This document shows positions 9,517-17,849 of a stretch of DNA of 17,976 nt, in pieces. Numbering within the stretch: the first letter of the stretch is position 1; each line of letters begins with the position of its first letter. Source of the stretch: Synechococcus sp. (lineage in GTDB: Bacteria; Cyanobacteriota; Cyanobacteriia; Thermostichales; PCC-7336); NCBI GenBank assembly GCA_051439425.1, contig JBFRWD010000010.1:1-17976 (forward strand), in the 5' to 3' direction. Under the pieces are notes generated by a model that saw only the letters and a program-made list of their open reading frames with translations, did not search any database and was not told where the DNA came from. The position numbers and the translations under genes were made by a program.

Positions 9517-9566
9517 GACAGGTCCGGCAATGGATTTGCAGACCTGTCCTCTTAACAAGTAAGAGG
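9517..9566 (-). terminator. Tandem hairpins just downstream of the large membrane-protein gene; possible terminator or mRNA-stabilising stems
   Basis: GACAGGTC (9517-9524) pairs with GACCTGTC (9541-9548), with an inner GCAA/TTGC. CCTCTTA (9548-9554) pairs with TAAGAGG (9560-9566). No U-tract follows on the minus strand. Confidence 0.3.
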
Positions 9567-9571
9567 TACCG

Positions 9572-12500
9572 TTAGTCCCAATCTTTCAGCGCAATCGACC
9601 AGACTTTTAGCTGCCGGAGGGTACTATTTCGACGGGCTTCAAAAGTAGCAGCAATCCAAATCAAGCCCAATCCCAACAGAATACCGATGCTCCAGAGAGC
9701 GACCGATGAGGTCATAATCGCCAGCCACGTTTGTCGAAGGACCAGAATTGCAAACGCCACTGTCCCGACATACAGATACGCCCGGACTCTCAGTATTAGA
9801 CCAGCGATCGCCACCGCCAAGCCCACTATCATCCCCCCCAACACCCATCCGGTGATTCCTTCCAATTCCACTGAGGTGATGATGCAGATGAGCGAGACCA
9901 ACAACATACGCAGCCAGTGGCGAGTTTCTCGGAGATCGGGATGAGTCCAGGTGGGGTCGATCTGAGCCGCGTACAGGCCCGATCCAGCCAGAATCAATAC
10001 CAACCCAGACCCGCTGAGCCACCTCGAAGCATCCAACAGTTGAATCAAGCCCACATCAGCAAAGAGCAAGGCCACATAGCTGAGCCGAATGCGACGCAAT
10101 CGAAGGGCCAACCAGGCATAGTACGCCCCCATCATCAGAAAGCTTTGCCAACCCGCAGCCGCCAGGGTAATACCTGCCACCAATCCCGGCAGCACCATCG
10201 CCGCTCGATGCCACGGGCGAGGCGTCCATCTCCATACTTGCCAGGGACACAACAGGGCGGGTGCGCATATCGCAACCGCAATGGCCCCTCCCCAATAAGT
10301 AACGGGGGAGGAATCGGGCACAAATCGCAGCAAGCTGTAGGCAATGGCGATTGCTCCCCAAGCGATACCCGCATACATCCACTTATCCAGCCAAAATTCA
10401 TCGGCCACGCGCGCGGGCATCGCCAGTTCACCATCCATAGTCGCCGCTGTTCTCCCACGCACCACAGCATAGGTGGCAGCTCCTAAAGCAGACCCCACCC
10501 AAATCCAATCACCGACGGTACTGCTCGGGGCCACCCAAGCCAATAGCAACAGCAGCGAGCCACCGCACCAGTGCAAGTTGCCGAATATTGTCAGAGTGTT
10601 AAATTCGAGCCGCAAATATCGACCGACCGACCTCAGCACAGTCTGATACGCCCAGGAGATCGCCATCGCCAGTCCCCCCAGGATGGCAATTCCATCCCCA
10701 GCATCTCCACCGCTGGCCTGCATCAGTTGGAACAGCACCGTCTGGTATGCAGCGACCGTTAGTGCCAGCAATCCTGCGCCAGTCCATGGTGAATTAGAGG
10801 GAATAGAGCGGCGACGACCCAAGCCGAGCAAGATCAGCGCCAAACCCAGCGCGTACAGACCGCTATAAGACCTAAGTTCCTCCAGAGATAGAATAAATCC
10901 CCACCCGGCATACACCACCGGCAGAACCAATGCTCCTTTGGGATACGCTCGACCGGTGCGCTGCTGCCACAAATCGCCCCCGATTTGCAGCGCCAAGCCC
11001 ACCCCTAAATTCACTGTGGCTAACGGAAGAGTCTCTAACGTCCAGAGAGCTAGCAAACTAGCGATCGCCAGTTCCACCGCAACCGCAAACCCCAGTATCT
11101 CCAACCATCTAAGCTGCTGGTGGGTGGCACATACAACGATTGCCGCCACCATCACCCAAGCCGCTGCCACCTGAAAACCACTGGTTGGTAAACCGTCTAG
11201 ATACAGCCCGATCGTGTAGGCGAATAGTAATAAAAGATTGAGCGAGCCTAATCCGAGTCCCCAGCCATAGAGAGCTCGGCCAATCGCTATCTCCAATGAC
11301 TCGCGGGCAGGGCTCAATTTCCTAGAACGCGTGAGCCAGCGAGTCAGCCACAGAACGAAGACCACTGCAGCAATGACAAACATCCACTCGGCTACACCAA
11401 TGGGTTCGGGAGGAAGTTCAGCGATCGCGATGGCTCCCCCAAACAGGGAAAATCCCAGAGAGCACGCAGCCTCCAGGACTGTCGGTCGACAATAGGTCAG
11501 GACAGCCATTACAACCGCAGCGATCGCCCATCCAGCCAATTGAGTGGCCAAAGTCTCTACCGTTAGCAGCTGTCCCGCAATTAGTCCGGTAATCGTGACA
11601 GCAAGGGGGGGCAGTCTTAGGGGCAGCGAACTCCGTTGAGACACGATGGCAGAGGCAATCGGTACGGCAAACCACCCGATCCTCCACAAACCGTGACCAG
11701 TGCTATTGGCTTCCAGCCGCAACGCCAGATAACCGAGCCAGATGAGGTATCCAGTAATGCTTAAACCAAAACCGAGGTACCAGCTACTGCGACGCCAGAG
11801 TTCAAAGCGGGATGATAGGGCGACGAATCCCCATTCCAGAGCCGCGCCAGCAATCGCGATCGCCCCCCAACCCCACACTCCAACTTGAGGAAACAGCGCA
11901 TCAATCACAAACGCTGCAGCCAACACCCCCACGCCATGGGTTAGGTAGACCAAAACGCGAGATACTACCAGTCTTCGCCTGACCAGAACCGCTAGCACCC
12001 CGGTCGAGACTGCAAAATACACAGCCCTCACCCCAGGATTCAGCGCAGCAAACAGTCCCAGGACTACGCCCAACGCCAACGCAGCCCGTTCCAAACTAAT
12101 CGCCAATTGCAGCTTCTCGTGCCTGCGCAGCCAATCCGCCCCCCAAACCGCCAACCCCACAGCTGGAAACAGCCCTAATCCCACCAGCGAATCCGGGATG
12201 GCCACTGACCCAAAGATTTGTATTGCAGCAGACATCAGCGCCTGCTGGACGCGTTCAGGCAAGCTGAACCACACCAACGCCTGCCCCTGTGTCACCAAAC
12301 CAAACAGCAGCAAGGTATCCAGTAAGGTCCATAGTCGCCGCAGCCGATCGCCCACAATCCACGCAGCTAGAGCACTGACCCCCAATGCCTGCAGAGGTAG
12401 GGTCTCAGCGGTCAGTTGCCACCCCAGTAGAAACAGTGCTGCAGATGCGATTGTCCATAAATCCGGTTGTTGGCGCGAACGAGCAATCCAACCCAACTGC

Positions 12501-13702
12501 CAAGCCACAAGTCCGATCGCCAGACCCAATTGAGGGATTTCGATTCGTGGGTCGATCCCCGCCCTCACGAGTAGTAATGCAATGCCGACCAGCATGAGAC
12601 TGCGGCCCAATAACGTAGGAGTAGGATGGGGACCATGCAGTGTTTCTATATCTGTTTCTGTGTCTATTAGGCTAGTAGGACGATCGTCTAAAAGGGACTC
12701 AGACGCATCTGCAGTTCCCCCACCGGTTTCCCGCCGACGAACGTTCGACTGCAATACATCACCCTGCCTCTGAAATCCCCCACGAAACCAACGTTCCTCA
12801 CCGTGCCAAAAACCGATCGACGCGACAATCGCCCCCACATACGTAGCCACCAGTGGCCAACCGCTCAATCCCCACCCCCACTGCAGGCCACTCAACACCA
12901 ACGCACAACCCTGCACCCGCCCCGCAACACCAGTCGAGATCGATGGGGAGGTTCCCATTCGGAGACTCACAGCTTTGCGACTGAGCACAACCAAACTGAG
13001 AGCCGCGATCGCCACCAATCCGCTTCCAATTGCACTGCTCCACAATCGCAGGCCATCCATCGCCCAAGCATTCATCGGCACCAAAAATAGCGCCATCGCC
13101 CGCACCATCTGTCCCGTAAGGTACAGCTTCTCCGAGCGGCCCAACCACAGCCCTGTCGCGAAAAACGCTAGTGTATAGCCCCACAAAATGGTGTACTGCC
13201 CCAGATTAGATACCTGCTGCCACTGACTGGCAGCCAACGCTCCAGATGAGGCGACCACCACAAACACGCCTAACGCCAGCAGCCAATTCAGACTGAACTC
13301 TGCCGCTAGCGTTGCCCCCAAGACTTCCACGGGCGATCGCTGTCGACTATCTGCCCCTCTCTCCTCAGGGCTGCTATCTAATGGAGTCTGCGCGATCGCC
13401 TCTGCTAGCGGATTCGCTAGAGATGGACGCTCAACCGCAGTGTTTGCCATCTCAGACTGACGTCTCTCAGGAGCAAGCAGTTTGCGTTGTTGTATTGGAC
13501 ACGTCAACAGTTGGCTGCATTGCAAGCGAACTTCAGCATCGGAAATTAGGCCCAATTCCAACCAGTATTCCAGTCCTCGTAGATAGATTTCGGGATGGGT
13601 TCTGGGGTTGAGAGCCAGTCGCAGCCAAATTGAGGCTTGAAACGGCGGCGGTGACAACGAGCTAGAGCCTTGGGAATCTGAGGAGGGAGGATTGGGAGGC
13701 AT
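9572..13702 (-). CDS. Very large polytopic membrane protein (DUF2157-like cyanobacterial family)
   Basis: Uninterrupted 1376-aa ORF. N-terminal GLEYWLELGLISD motif, then WLLALGVFVVVASSGALAASQW and dozens of hydrophobic helices; ends IGILLGLGLIWIAATFEARR. Family name is from recollection. Confidence 0.85.
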   Translation of the reverse strand: MPPNPPSSDSQGSSSLSPPPFQASIWLRLALNPRTHPEIYLRGLEYWLELGLISDAEVRLQCSQLLTCPIQQRKLLAPERRQSEMANTAVERPSLANPLAEAIAQTPLDSSPEERGADSRQRSPVEVLGATLAAEFSLNWLLALGVFVVVASSGALAASQWQQVSNLGQYTILWGYTLAFFATGLWLGRSEKLYLTGQMVRAMALFLVPMNAWAMDGLRLWSSAIGSGLVAIAALSLVVLSRKAVSLRMGTSPSISTGVAGRVQGCALVLSGLQWGWGLSGWPLVATYVGAIVASIGFWHGEERWFRGGFQRQGDVLQSNVRRRETGGGTADASESLLDDRPTSLIDTETDIETLHGPHPTPTLLGRSLMLVGIALLLVRAGIDPRIEIPQLGLAIGLVAWQLGWIARSRQQPDLWTIASAALFLLGWQLTAETLPLQALGVSALAAWIVGDRLRRLWTLLDTLLLFGLVTQGQALVWFSLPERVQQALMSAAIQIFGSVAIPDSLVGLGLFPAVGLAVWGADWLRRHEKLQLAISLERAALALGVVLGLFAALNPGVRAVYFAVSTGVLAVLVRRRLVVSRVLVYLTHGVGVLAAAFVIDALFPQVGVWGWGAIAIAGAALEWGFVALSSRFELWRRSSWYLGFGLSITGYLIWLGYLALRLEANSTGHGLWRIGWFAVPIASAIVSQRSSLPLRLPPLAVTITGLIAGQLLTVETLATQLAGWAIAAVVMAVLTYCRPTVLEAACSLGFSLFGGAIAIAELPPEPIGVAEWMFVIAAVVFVLWLTRWLTRSRKLSPARESLEIAIGRALYGWGLGLGSLNLLLLFAYTIGLYLDGLPTSGFQVAAAWVMVAAIVVCATHQQLRWLEILGFAVAVELAIASLLALWTLETLPLATVNLGVGLALQIGGDLWQQRTGRAYPKGALVLPVVYAGWGFILSLEELRSYSGLYALGLALILLGLGRRRSIPSNSPWTGAGLLALTVAAYQTVLFQLMQASGGDAGDGIAILGGLAMAISWAYQTVLRSVGRYLRLEFNTLTIFGNLHWCGGSLLLLLAWVAPSSTVGDWIWVGSALGAATYAVVRGRTAATMDGELAMPARVADEFWLDKWMYAGIAWGAIAIAYSLLRFVPDSSPVTYWGGAIAVAICAPALLCPWQVWRWTPRPWHRAAMVLPGLVAGITLAAAGWQSFLMMGAYYAWLALRLRRIRLSYVALLFADVGLIQLLDASRWLSGSGLVLILAGSGLYAAQIDPTWTHPDLRETRHWLRMLLVSLICIITSVELEGITGWVLGGMIVGLAVAIAGLILRVRAYLYVGTVAFAILVLRQTWLAIMTSSVALWSIGILLGLGLIWIAATFEARRNSTLRQLKVWSIALKDWD

Positions 13703-14059
13703 GACAGTTGTTCAGTCGCAATACAGCCAGAAGTGTTCCTACAGTAAGATCGCCCTCCCGCTCGTGCGACTGCGGATGTGCCAATTCTTAAACCGCCCTA
13801 CCCTATTTCCTCACCCATCGTTCGGGCCGACCGTCCATACATCCGAACATCGTCGCAGCCACCGCCCAGTCCTGCTGACGATCCATTCCAAGGACCAAGA
13901 CAGGCGTTTCTCAGGCGCCAGAGTAGTCTTGAGGTAAGGCTAACAAGCATAGAGTTGGTAGCTATACGCCCATTTGGCAGCTGTGTCTCTATCCACAGGA
14001 TCGCTTCAGCTCAATCCAATGCAGCAGCCAGTCTATCCATAACCACGATATCAAGGGTA

Positions 14060-14746
14060 ATGGCCGTGGCCGTTCGCGTTCCCCTTCCTACAACCTCTAC
14101 GCCCCAATCGTCCGACCATCTGGGGGAAGTAGTGGAAACCAGTACCACTGAATATCTAGCTCAGTGCTTTGCCCCAGACGATCTGCGCTTCCCTACTATG
14201 CCGGCCCTGGGCAGCTGGACAACTGCGGTAGATGAAGAAGCCAATCACATCATTTATGGTGCAGTCTGTCACACCACAACCCTGCCCGTTGACGCCATTC
14301 ACAGGGCTCGCCCACTGGGCTTATCGCTCCAGGAATTGCAGGAACAACAGCCTCAAATCTTTGCCATGTTGCGGACTGAATTCCGAGTCACGATTGTCGG
14401 CTTTGAACCTCTGGATCGACGTGGCACCTTACTCCCTCCCTACCAATATCTCCCCCCTCGTCCCCCACAAATTCATCAGGGGGTATTTCGATGCGAGGCG
14501 GGAGATGTGGCTCGTTTTTGCCAACATACCGACTTCCTGCGCACCCTTTTGCAAGCTCAAGGGGTGCCAACTGATGAGCTTGTCGCCGCCGTCTTACGAC
14601 AGAGTGCGGCTGCATTCGATATTGTGGGCCAATCCGCTACCGCACGACGCCAGTGGCTATTGGGGGCAGGGCGAGCCCTCTCCATTTATTTGCGCGATGA
14701 CTACACCCGCCTGAAATGTATTCTGAGCAAAATACAAGTGTCCTAG
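14060..14746 (+). CDS. Stand-alone HAS-barrel-domain protein (related to the HerA N-terminal domain)
   Basis: HLGEVVETSTTEYLAQC, PALGSW, QPQIFAMLRTEF and YQYLPPRPPQIHQGV resemble the cyanobacterial HAS-barrel family as I recall it. ATG 14060 is preferred over ORF start 13778. No Walker A motif. Confidence 0.75.
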   Translation: MAVAVRVPLPTTSTPQSSDHLGEVVETSTTEYLAQCFAPDDLRFPTMPALGSWTTAVDEEANHIIYGAVCHTTTLPVDAIHRARPLGLSLQELQEQQPQIFAMLRTEFRVTIVGFEPLDRRGTLLPPYQYLPPRPPQIHQGVFRCEAGDVARFCQHTDFLRTLLQAQGVPTDELVAAVLRQSAAAFDIVGQSATARRQWLLGAGRALSIYLRDDYTRLKCILSKIQVS

Positions 14747-14910
14747 TCGTCTCTCGGACTCGCAAGAGGGGGCATCAAATTATGAATGCATTGCAGCACG
14801 TCTGAAAGAGAACAAGTATCCATCACGCCTACGCTGACGGGATGCTCGTCATAGATCGAGCTTGCGATATTGCTTAAGTTTTTACTGCGCAATCTTGCGA
14901 CGAGAGAGAC
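14746..14910 (+). ncRNA. Candidate structured RNA: rod with central bubble, 6S-RNA-like
   Basis: Closing stem TCTCTCG/CGAGAGA plus TCGCAAGA/TCTTGCGA, an AU-rich internal loop and nested inner helices. G-U pairs favour the + strand. Hand-folded only, with no sequence-level identification. Confidence 0.35.
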
Positions 14911-14996
14911 ACAATCGCCTGAAGTTTTGTGTCGCGAGGTGGGCTGAAATTGAAGAATTATTGAGAAGAGATCGCGCCTCAAAATTTCCAATGGTA

Positions 14997-15055
14997 ACTT
15001 GAGCGCGTCTTGAGTTGGCTGGAAGTACCTTGGACAAGCTCAAGTATCTTGAGTT
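14997..15055. promoter_or_regulatory. Operator-like cluster of CTTGAG/CTCAAG half-sites
   Basis: CTTGAG at 14998, 15009 and 15048; CTCAAG at 15039; palindrome CTCAAG-TAT-CTTGAG at 15039-15053. Confidence 0.35.
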
Positions 15056-15115
15056 CTAGGAAACCTACAGTCAGTCTTACGTCCAACCCCTTTGCACTAT
15101 TGCAGTATCGAACTT

Positions 15116-15301
15116 ATGCCGAATCGGTCACCTCAATCCCCGCGTTCCAATCCAACCAGCAGAATTTTGTCTGCCGGAGTGGGGGCTACAGCAGCGGCAG
15201 CTTACTCCCTAGCCCGAGGTCACTCACTAGTTAGCTGCTTAACCATTGTCACAACTGCCATTATCTGTACGTTAGTTTTGGATGAGTTGGGTTGGGTATA
15301 G
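15116..15301 (+). CDS. Small hydrophobic (1-2 TM) hypothetical protein
   Basis: 61 aa from ATG 15116 (MPNRSPQ...). Polar N-terminus followed by two hydrophobic segments. Confidence 0.55.
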   Translation: MPNRSPQSPRSNPTSRILSAGVGATAAAAYSLARGHSLVSCLTIVTTAIICTLVLDELGWV

Positions 15302-15400
15302 CAAGACGCGTCATTGCCCTTTAAGATGCTTACCCCTCACAGAGAGAGCCACTGTTTTCAGGCCCAATCTACAGCTGTTTCAGACCAACCCACACGAGCT

Positions 15401-15862
15401 TTACACTAGCTCCTTAGTAAAGACAACCTTGTTGTCCCCTGGAGAATAGAAGTTCCGAATGCGAGCCTCTTCCCTGTAGCCGCATTTGGCATAGAAAGCT
15501 CGGGCTGGCTGGAATTCGTCCAGGCTGGATGTTTCCACAATGACGAGGTTCGCATTCTGCTTCGCCAACGTTGCTTCAATCTGGCTCATCAAGGCACCAC
15601 CGTATCCCTGTCTTTGGTGACTGGGACGAACAAGCAGCATGAGGACATTCCACGTTCCTTGTGTCATCAGTTCTGGAGCACAATAGATGACACCTATTGG
15701 CTGGAGATCGACAGCCGTGAGCCATACAGCATTGCTATTTCCGCTCAAATAATCCGCGAGCGTGTCTCTGACGACATCTATTTCATCCGTACCAAACTGC
15801 AAAACAGTCAACAGCGCTAGCAAAGCGTCTACGTCATCAGATGTGGTTGGTCGGATCTTCAT
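15401..15862 (-). CDS. GNAT-family N-acetyltransferase
   Basis: Acetyl-CoA-binding motif VRPSHQRQGYGGALM and motif B ARAFYAKCGY; 153 aa. Confidence 0.92.
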   Translation of the reverse strand: MKIRPTTSDDVDALLALLTVLQFGTDEIDVVRDTLADYLSGNSNAVWLTAVDLQPIGVIYCAPELMTQGTWNVLMLLVRPSHQRQGYGGALMSQIEATLAKQNANLVIVETSSLDEFQPARAFYAKCGYREEARIRNFYSPGDNKVVFTKELV

Positions 15863-15949
15863 GACTTATGGGGGTCATTGGCTTACAGCAGTATAGAAAT
15901 GGTAATCAATGACCCTTAGTTGCCCCTTAAATATTCGTCAAATGTTCGT

Positions 15950-16216
15950 CTACATCCCCTTAATTTGTACCCGCGACTGATTCCACTGTTCGGGAGTGTA
16001 TGTGGACAGCTGAAGAGCGTGCAGTTCACCGCTGTCGAGGTTCGCCTGGACGGCAGCATAAACCAGACGATGCTGCTTAATCATGGGTAAACCGGTGAAG
16101 CGATCGCTCACCACTGTCGCCTGAAAGTGATCGCCCGTCCCTGTTAAATCAGAGACATCAATAATCGAGTTGGGAAAGTCGTGCTGGATCAGGGCTCGCA
16201 CTTGAGTAGGCGTCAT
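15950..16216 (-). CDS. bolA: BolA-family protein
   Basis: GDHFQATVVSDRFTG, IKQHRLVY and LHALQLSTYTPEQW are BolA signatures. ATG 16216 (88 aa) is preferred over ORF start 16333. Confidence 0.9.
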   Translation of the reverse strand: MTPTQVRALIQHDFPNSIIDVSDLTGTGDHFQATVVSDRFTGLPMIKQHRLVYAAVQANLDSGELHALQLSTYTPEQWNQSRVQIKGM

Positions 16217-16417
16217 AGCAGAGAAGCAAGGTTGAATGACCATCAGCCTAACGGTAGTCCGCAGTTTCAGCAACGATCTCAGCCGATCGTAGACTCTCAA
16301 TCTGCTCAACGCTTGTCGCGCGAGTTTATCCATGCAATTGGTTGCAATGCTATGCGCCGAAGGGCGACAGTCCCCGACTGCAGCTAGACCGACCCATCGG
16401 TGCTTGAGAACAGTCCA

Positions 16418-16795
16418 TCACGATCGCAATTGCCGCATGGCATCAAACAACCCAGGCAATACCTCCGGCGACCAGTATCCTTCGGCATTGCGACTGTCAC
16501 GTAGCTGAATGTAAAGCTCCAAACCTGGCAGCTCTCCCGTTGCAACCACTAACAGTCGTTCAGTTTCGTGTTCGAGAGTAACCGACTCTCCGTCCATTAC
16601 TTGTTCCGGCAGACTCGCAATCGCCGCCTCAATTTGACGCACAGCGCCACAAAAATCCTGCCATTCCAACATCGTCAGCTCAACAGCCCATCGATCTCCC
16701 CCCACCAAAGCACAGTAGCCTCCATTTGGCTCTTTCACTCCAACGCGCCAGCCAGGACCTACTCGCAACGGGTAATTGTGTAGCTCGGGGTGCAT
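16418..16795 (-). CDS. DUF1818-like cyanobacterial hypothetical protein
   Basis: GPGWRVG...ALVGGDRWAVELT..EW..FC...RNAEGYW pattern recalled for DUF1818. ATG 16795; the ORF extends to 16807. Confidence 0.75.
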   Translation of the reverse strand: MHPELHNYPLRVGPGWRVGVKEPNGGYCALVGGDRWAVELTMLEWQDFCGAVRQIEAAIASLPEQVMDGESVTLEHETERLLVVATGELPGLELYIQLRDSRNAEGYWSPEVLPGLFDAMRQLRS

Positions 16796-16825
16796 GCGGA
16801 ATCCCACCGATCGCTCAGATAAGCA

Positions 16826-17296
16826 TTATTCCTCTACCGTGACCGATGTGGCCTCCGTCTGGTCGGCCTGACCCGCTAATTCCAGAGGGTTCGTCACCGA
16901 GTTATTGCCATACACTTCCAAAATGGCAGCCAAAAACTCGTTGCGATCTTGACGCGTCATCGCCTGGAACAGCTGGCGATCGTCCGTTAGGGGATTTACA
17001 TCCGTATTACCGGATGGATATTGGTCTGCATAAATCGGTTCGTTCGCATCGAGGAAATCAGCAAACGTTAATCGCCAGTCAAATCTACTATCCGTCAGTC
17101 GTCCTTTCGTACGCACGTGATATAGCAAAATTCGCTGTAACCACTGCTCGTCTTCCCCAGAACCCGGTAGGTCAGGCATCAGTTCGTAAATTTGTGCGGT
17201 CCGTTCTGGAATATCGCGGATGCGTTGAGCGAATACAGGCATTCTAAAAGTGTCCAAGCTGGCCAACGCCGCCCCCACAAACAAACACTTCTTCAT
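16826..17296 (-). CDS. Conserved cyanobacterial hypothetical protein with probable signal peptide
   Basis: YHVRTKGR...RFDWRLTFADFLDANE...NPL..DR block; signal-like MKKCLFVGAALA...VFA/Q. Start uncertain (17296, 17311, 17317 or 17347). Confidence 0.75.
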   Translation of the reverse strand: MKKCLFVGAALASLDTFRMPVFAQRIRDIPERTAQIYELMPDLPGSGEDEQWLQRILLYHVRTKGRLTDSRFDWRLTFADFLDANEPIYADQYPSGNTDVNPLTDDRQLFQAMTRQDRNEFLAAILEVYGNNSVTNPLELAGQADQTEATSVTVEE

Positions 17297-17849
17297 CGGC
17301 AACCACCGCATAGACATAAACTCCCACTCAACTAGCAAATTCCGCATCGGCCCCCACAGCAGTCAGGTAATAGGAGACGAGGAATGGGGGGTGCCGCTAC
17401 CGCAGAAAGCGCAGGTGCTGCGTGGCTGTCCAACCTTCGCTCCTAAATCCCATCCCTACTACATAGCCTTGCATACAGTGCCTATCGTAGGTACTGGCAA
17501 CTCGCCTTTCCCAAATCCCGACGGGGTAAGGGCCAAGACATCAAGCATTCGACTCGGACTTCATATAAATTCATTTATTCAGCCAGCACTCCCAGAGAGA
17601 ATGGATTCTGAGAGCAGAGTAGAAAATTGCGATCGACAGTCTCCACTCCAAAAGGCTCATCTGACATGACAGTCTGGTCTAGTGGGCGATCGTGACGGGC
17701 GTCGCTTTTAGGTTGCTACACCTGGCTTAGAGAAAAGTTGCTCCGCTTGATATTTCGTAAAAATACGGCTATCTATAGTAGTTACATTTAAGTCTTGCTT
17801 TTTTGCATTCTTATCACTTTGTTCGATTTGAGCTAAGAGAGGAAATCCT

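Larger units (their letters stand above)
287..16107. repeat. HIP1 octamer GCGATCGC, dispersed (about 20 copies)
   Basis: Counted by eye at 287, 310, 825, 2021, 2402, 2481, 3658, 3887, 6781, 8508, 9168, 9804, 11061, 11421, 11520, 11856, 13005, 13333, 13392 and 16100. Fewer than one copy is expected by chance. Confidence 0.9.

Noticed and set aside
9639..13611. Many alternate-frame and antisense ORFs inside the 1376-aa gene (similarly inside futB, pepA and gltX)
   Set aside because: Typical shadow ORFs of long, moderately GC-rich genes.
13778..14059. 94-aa N-terminal extension of the HAS-barrel ORF
   Set aside because: Low-complexity sequence from a GTG start that would occupy the divergent promoter region; family-like sequence begins after ATG 14060.
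14743..14991. 82-aa minus-strand ORF over the rod-like segment
   Set aside because: TTG start and no recognisable motif; the nested complementarity fits RNA structure better. Not fully excluded.
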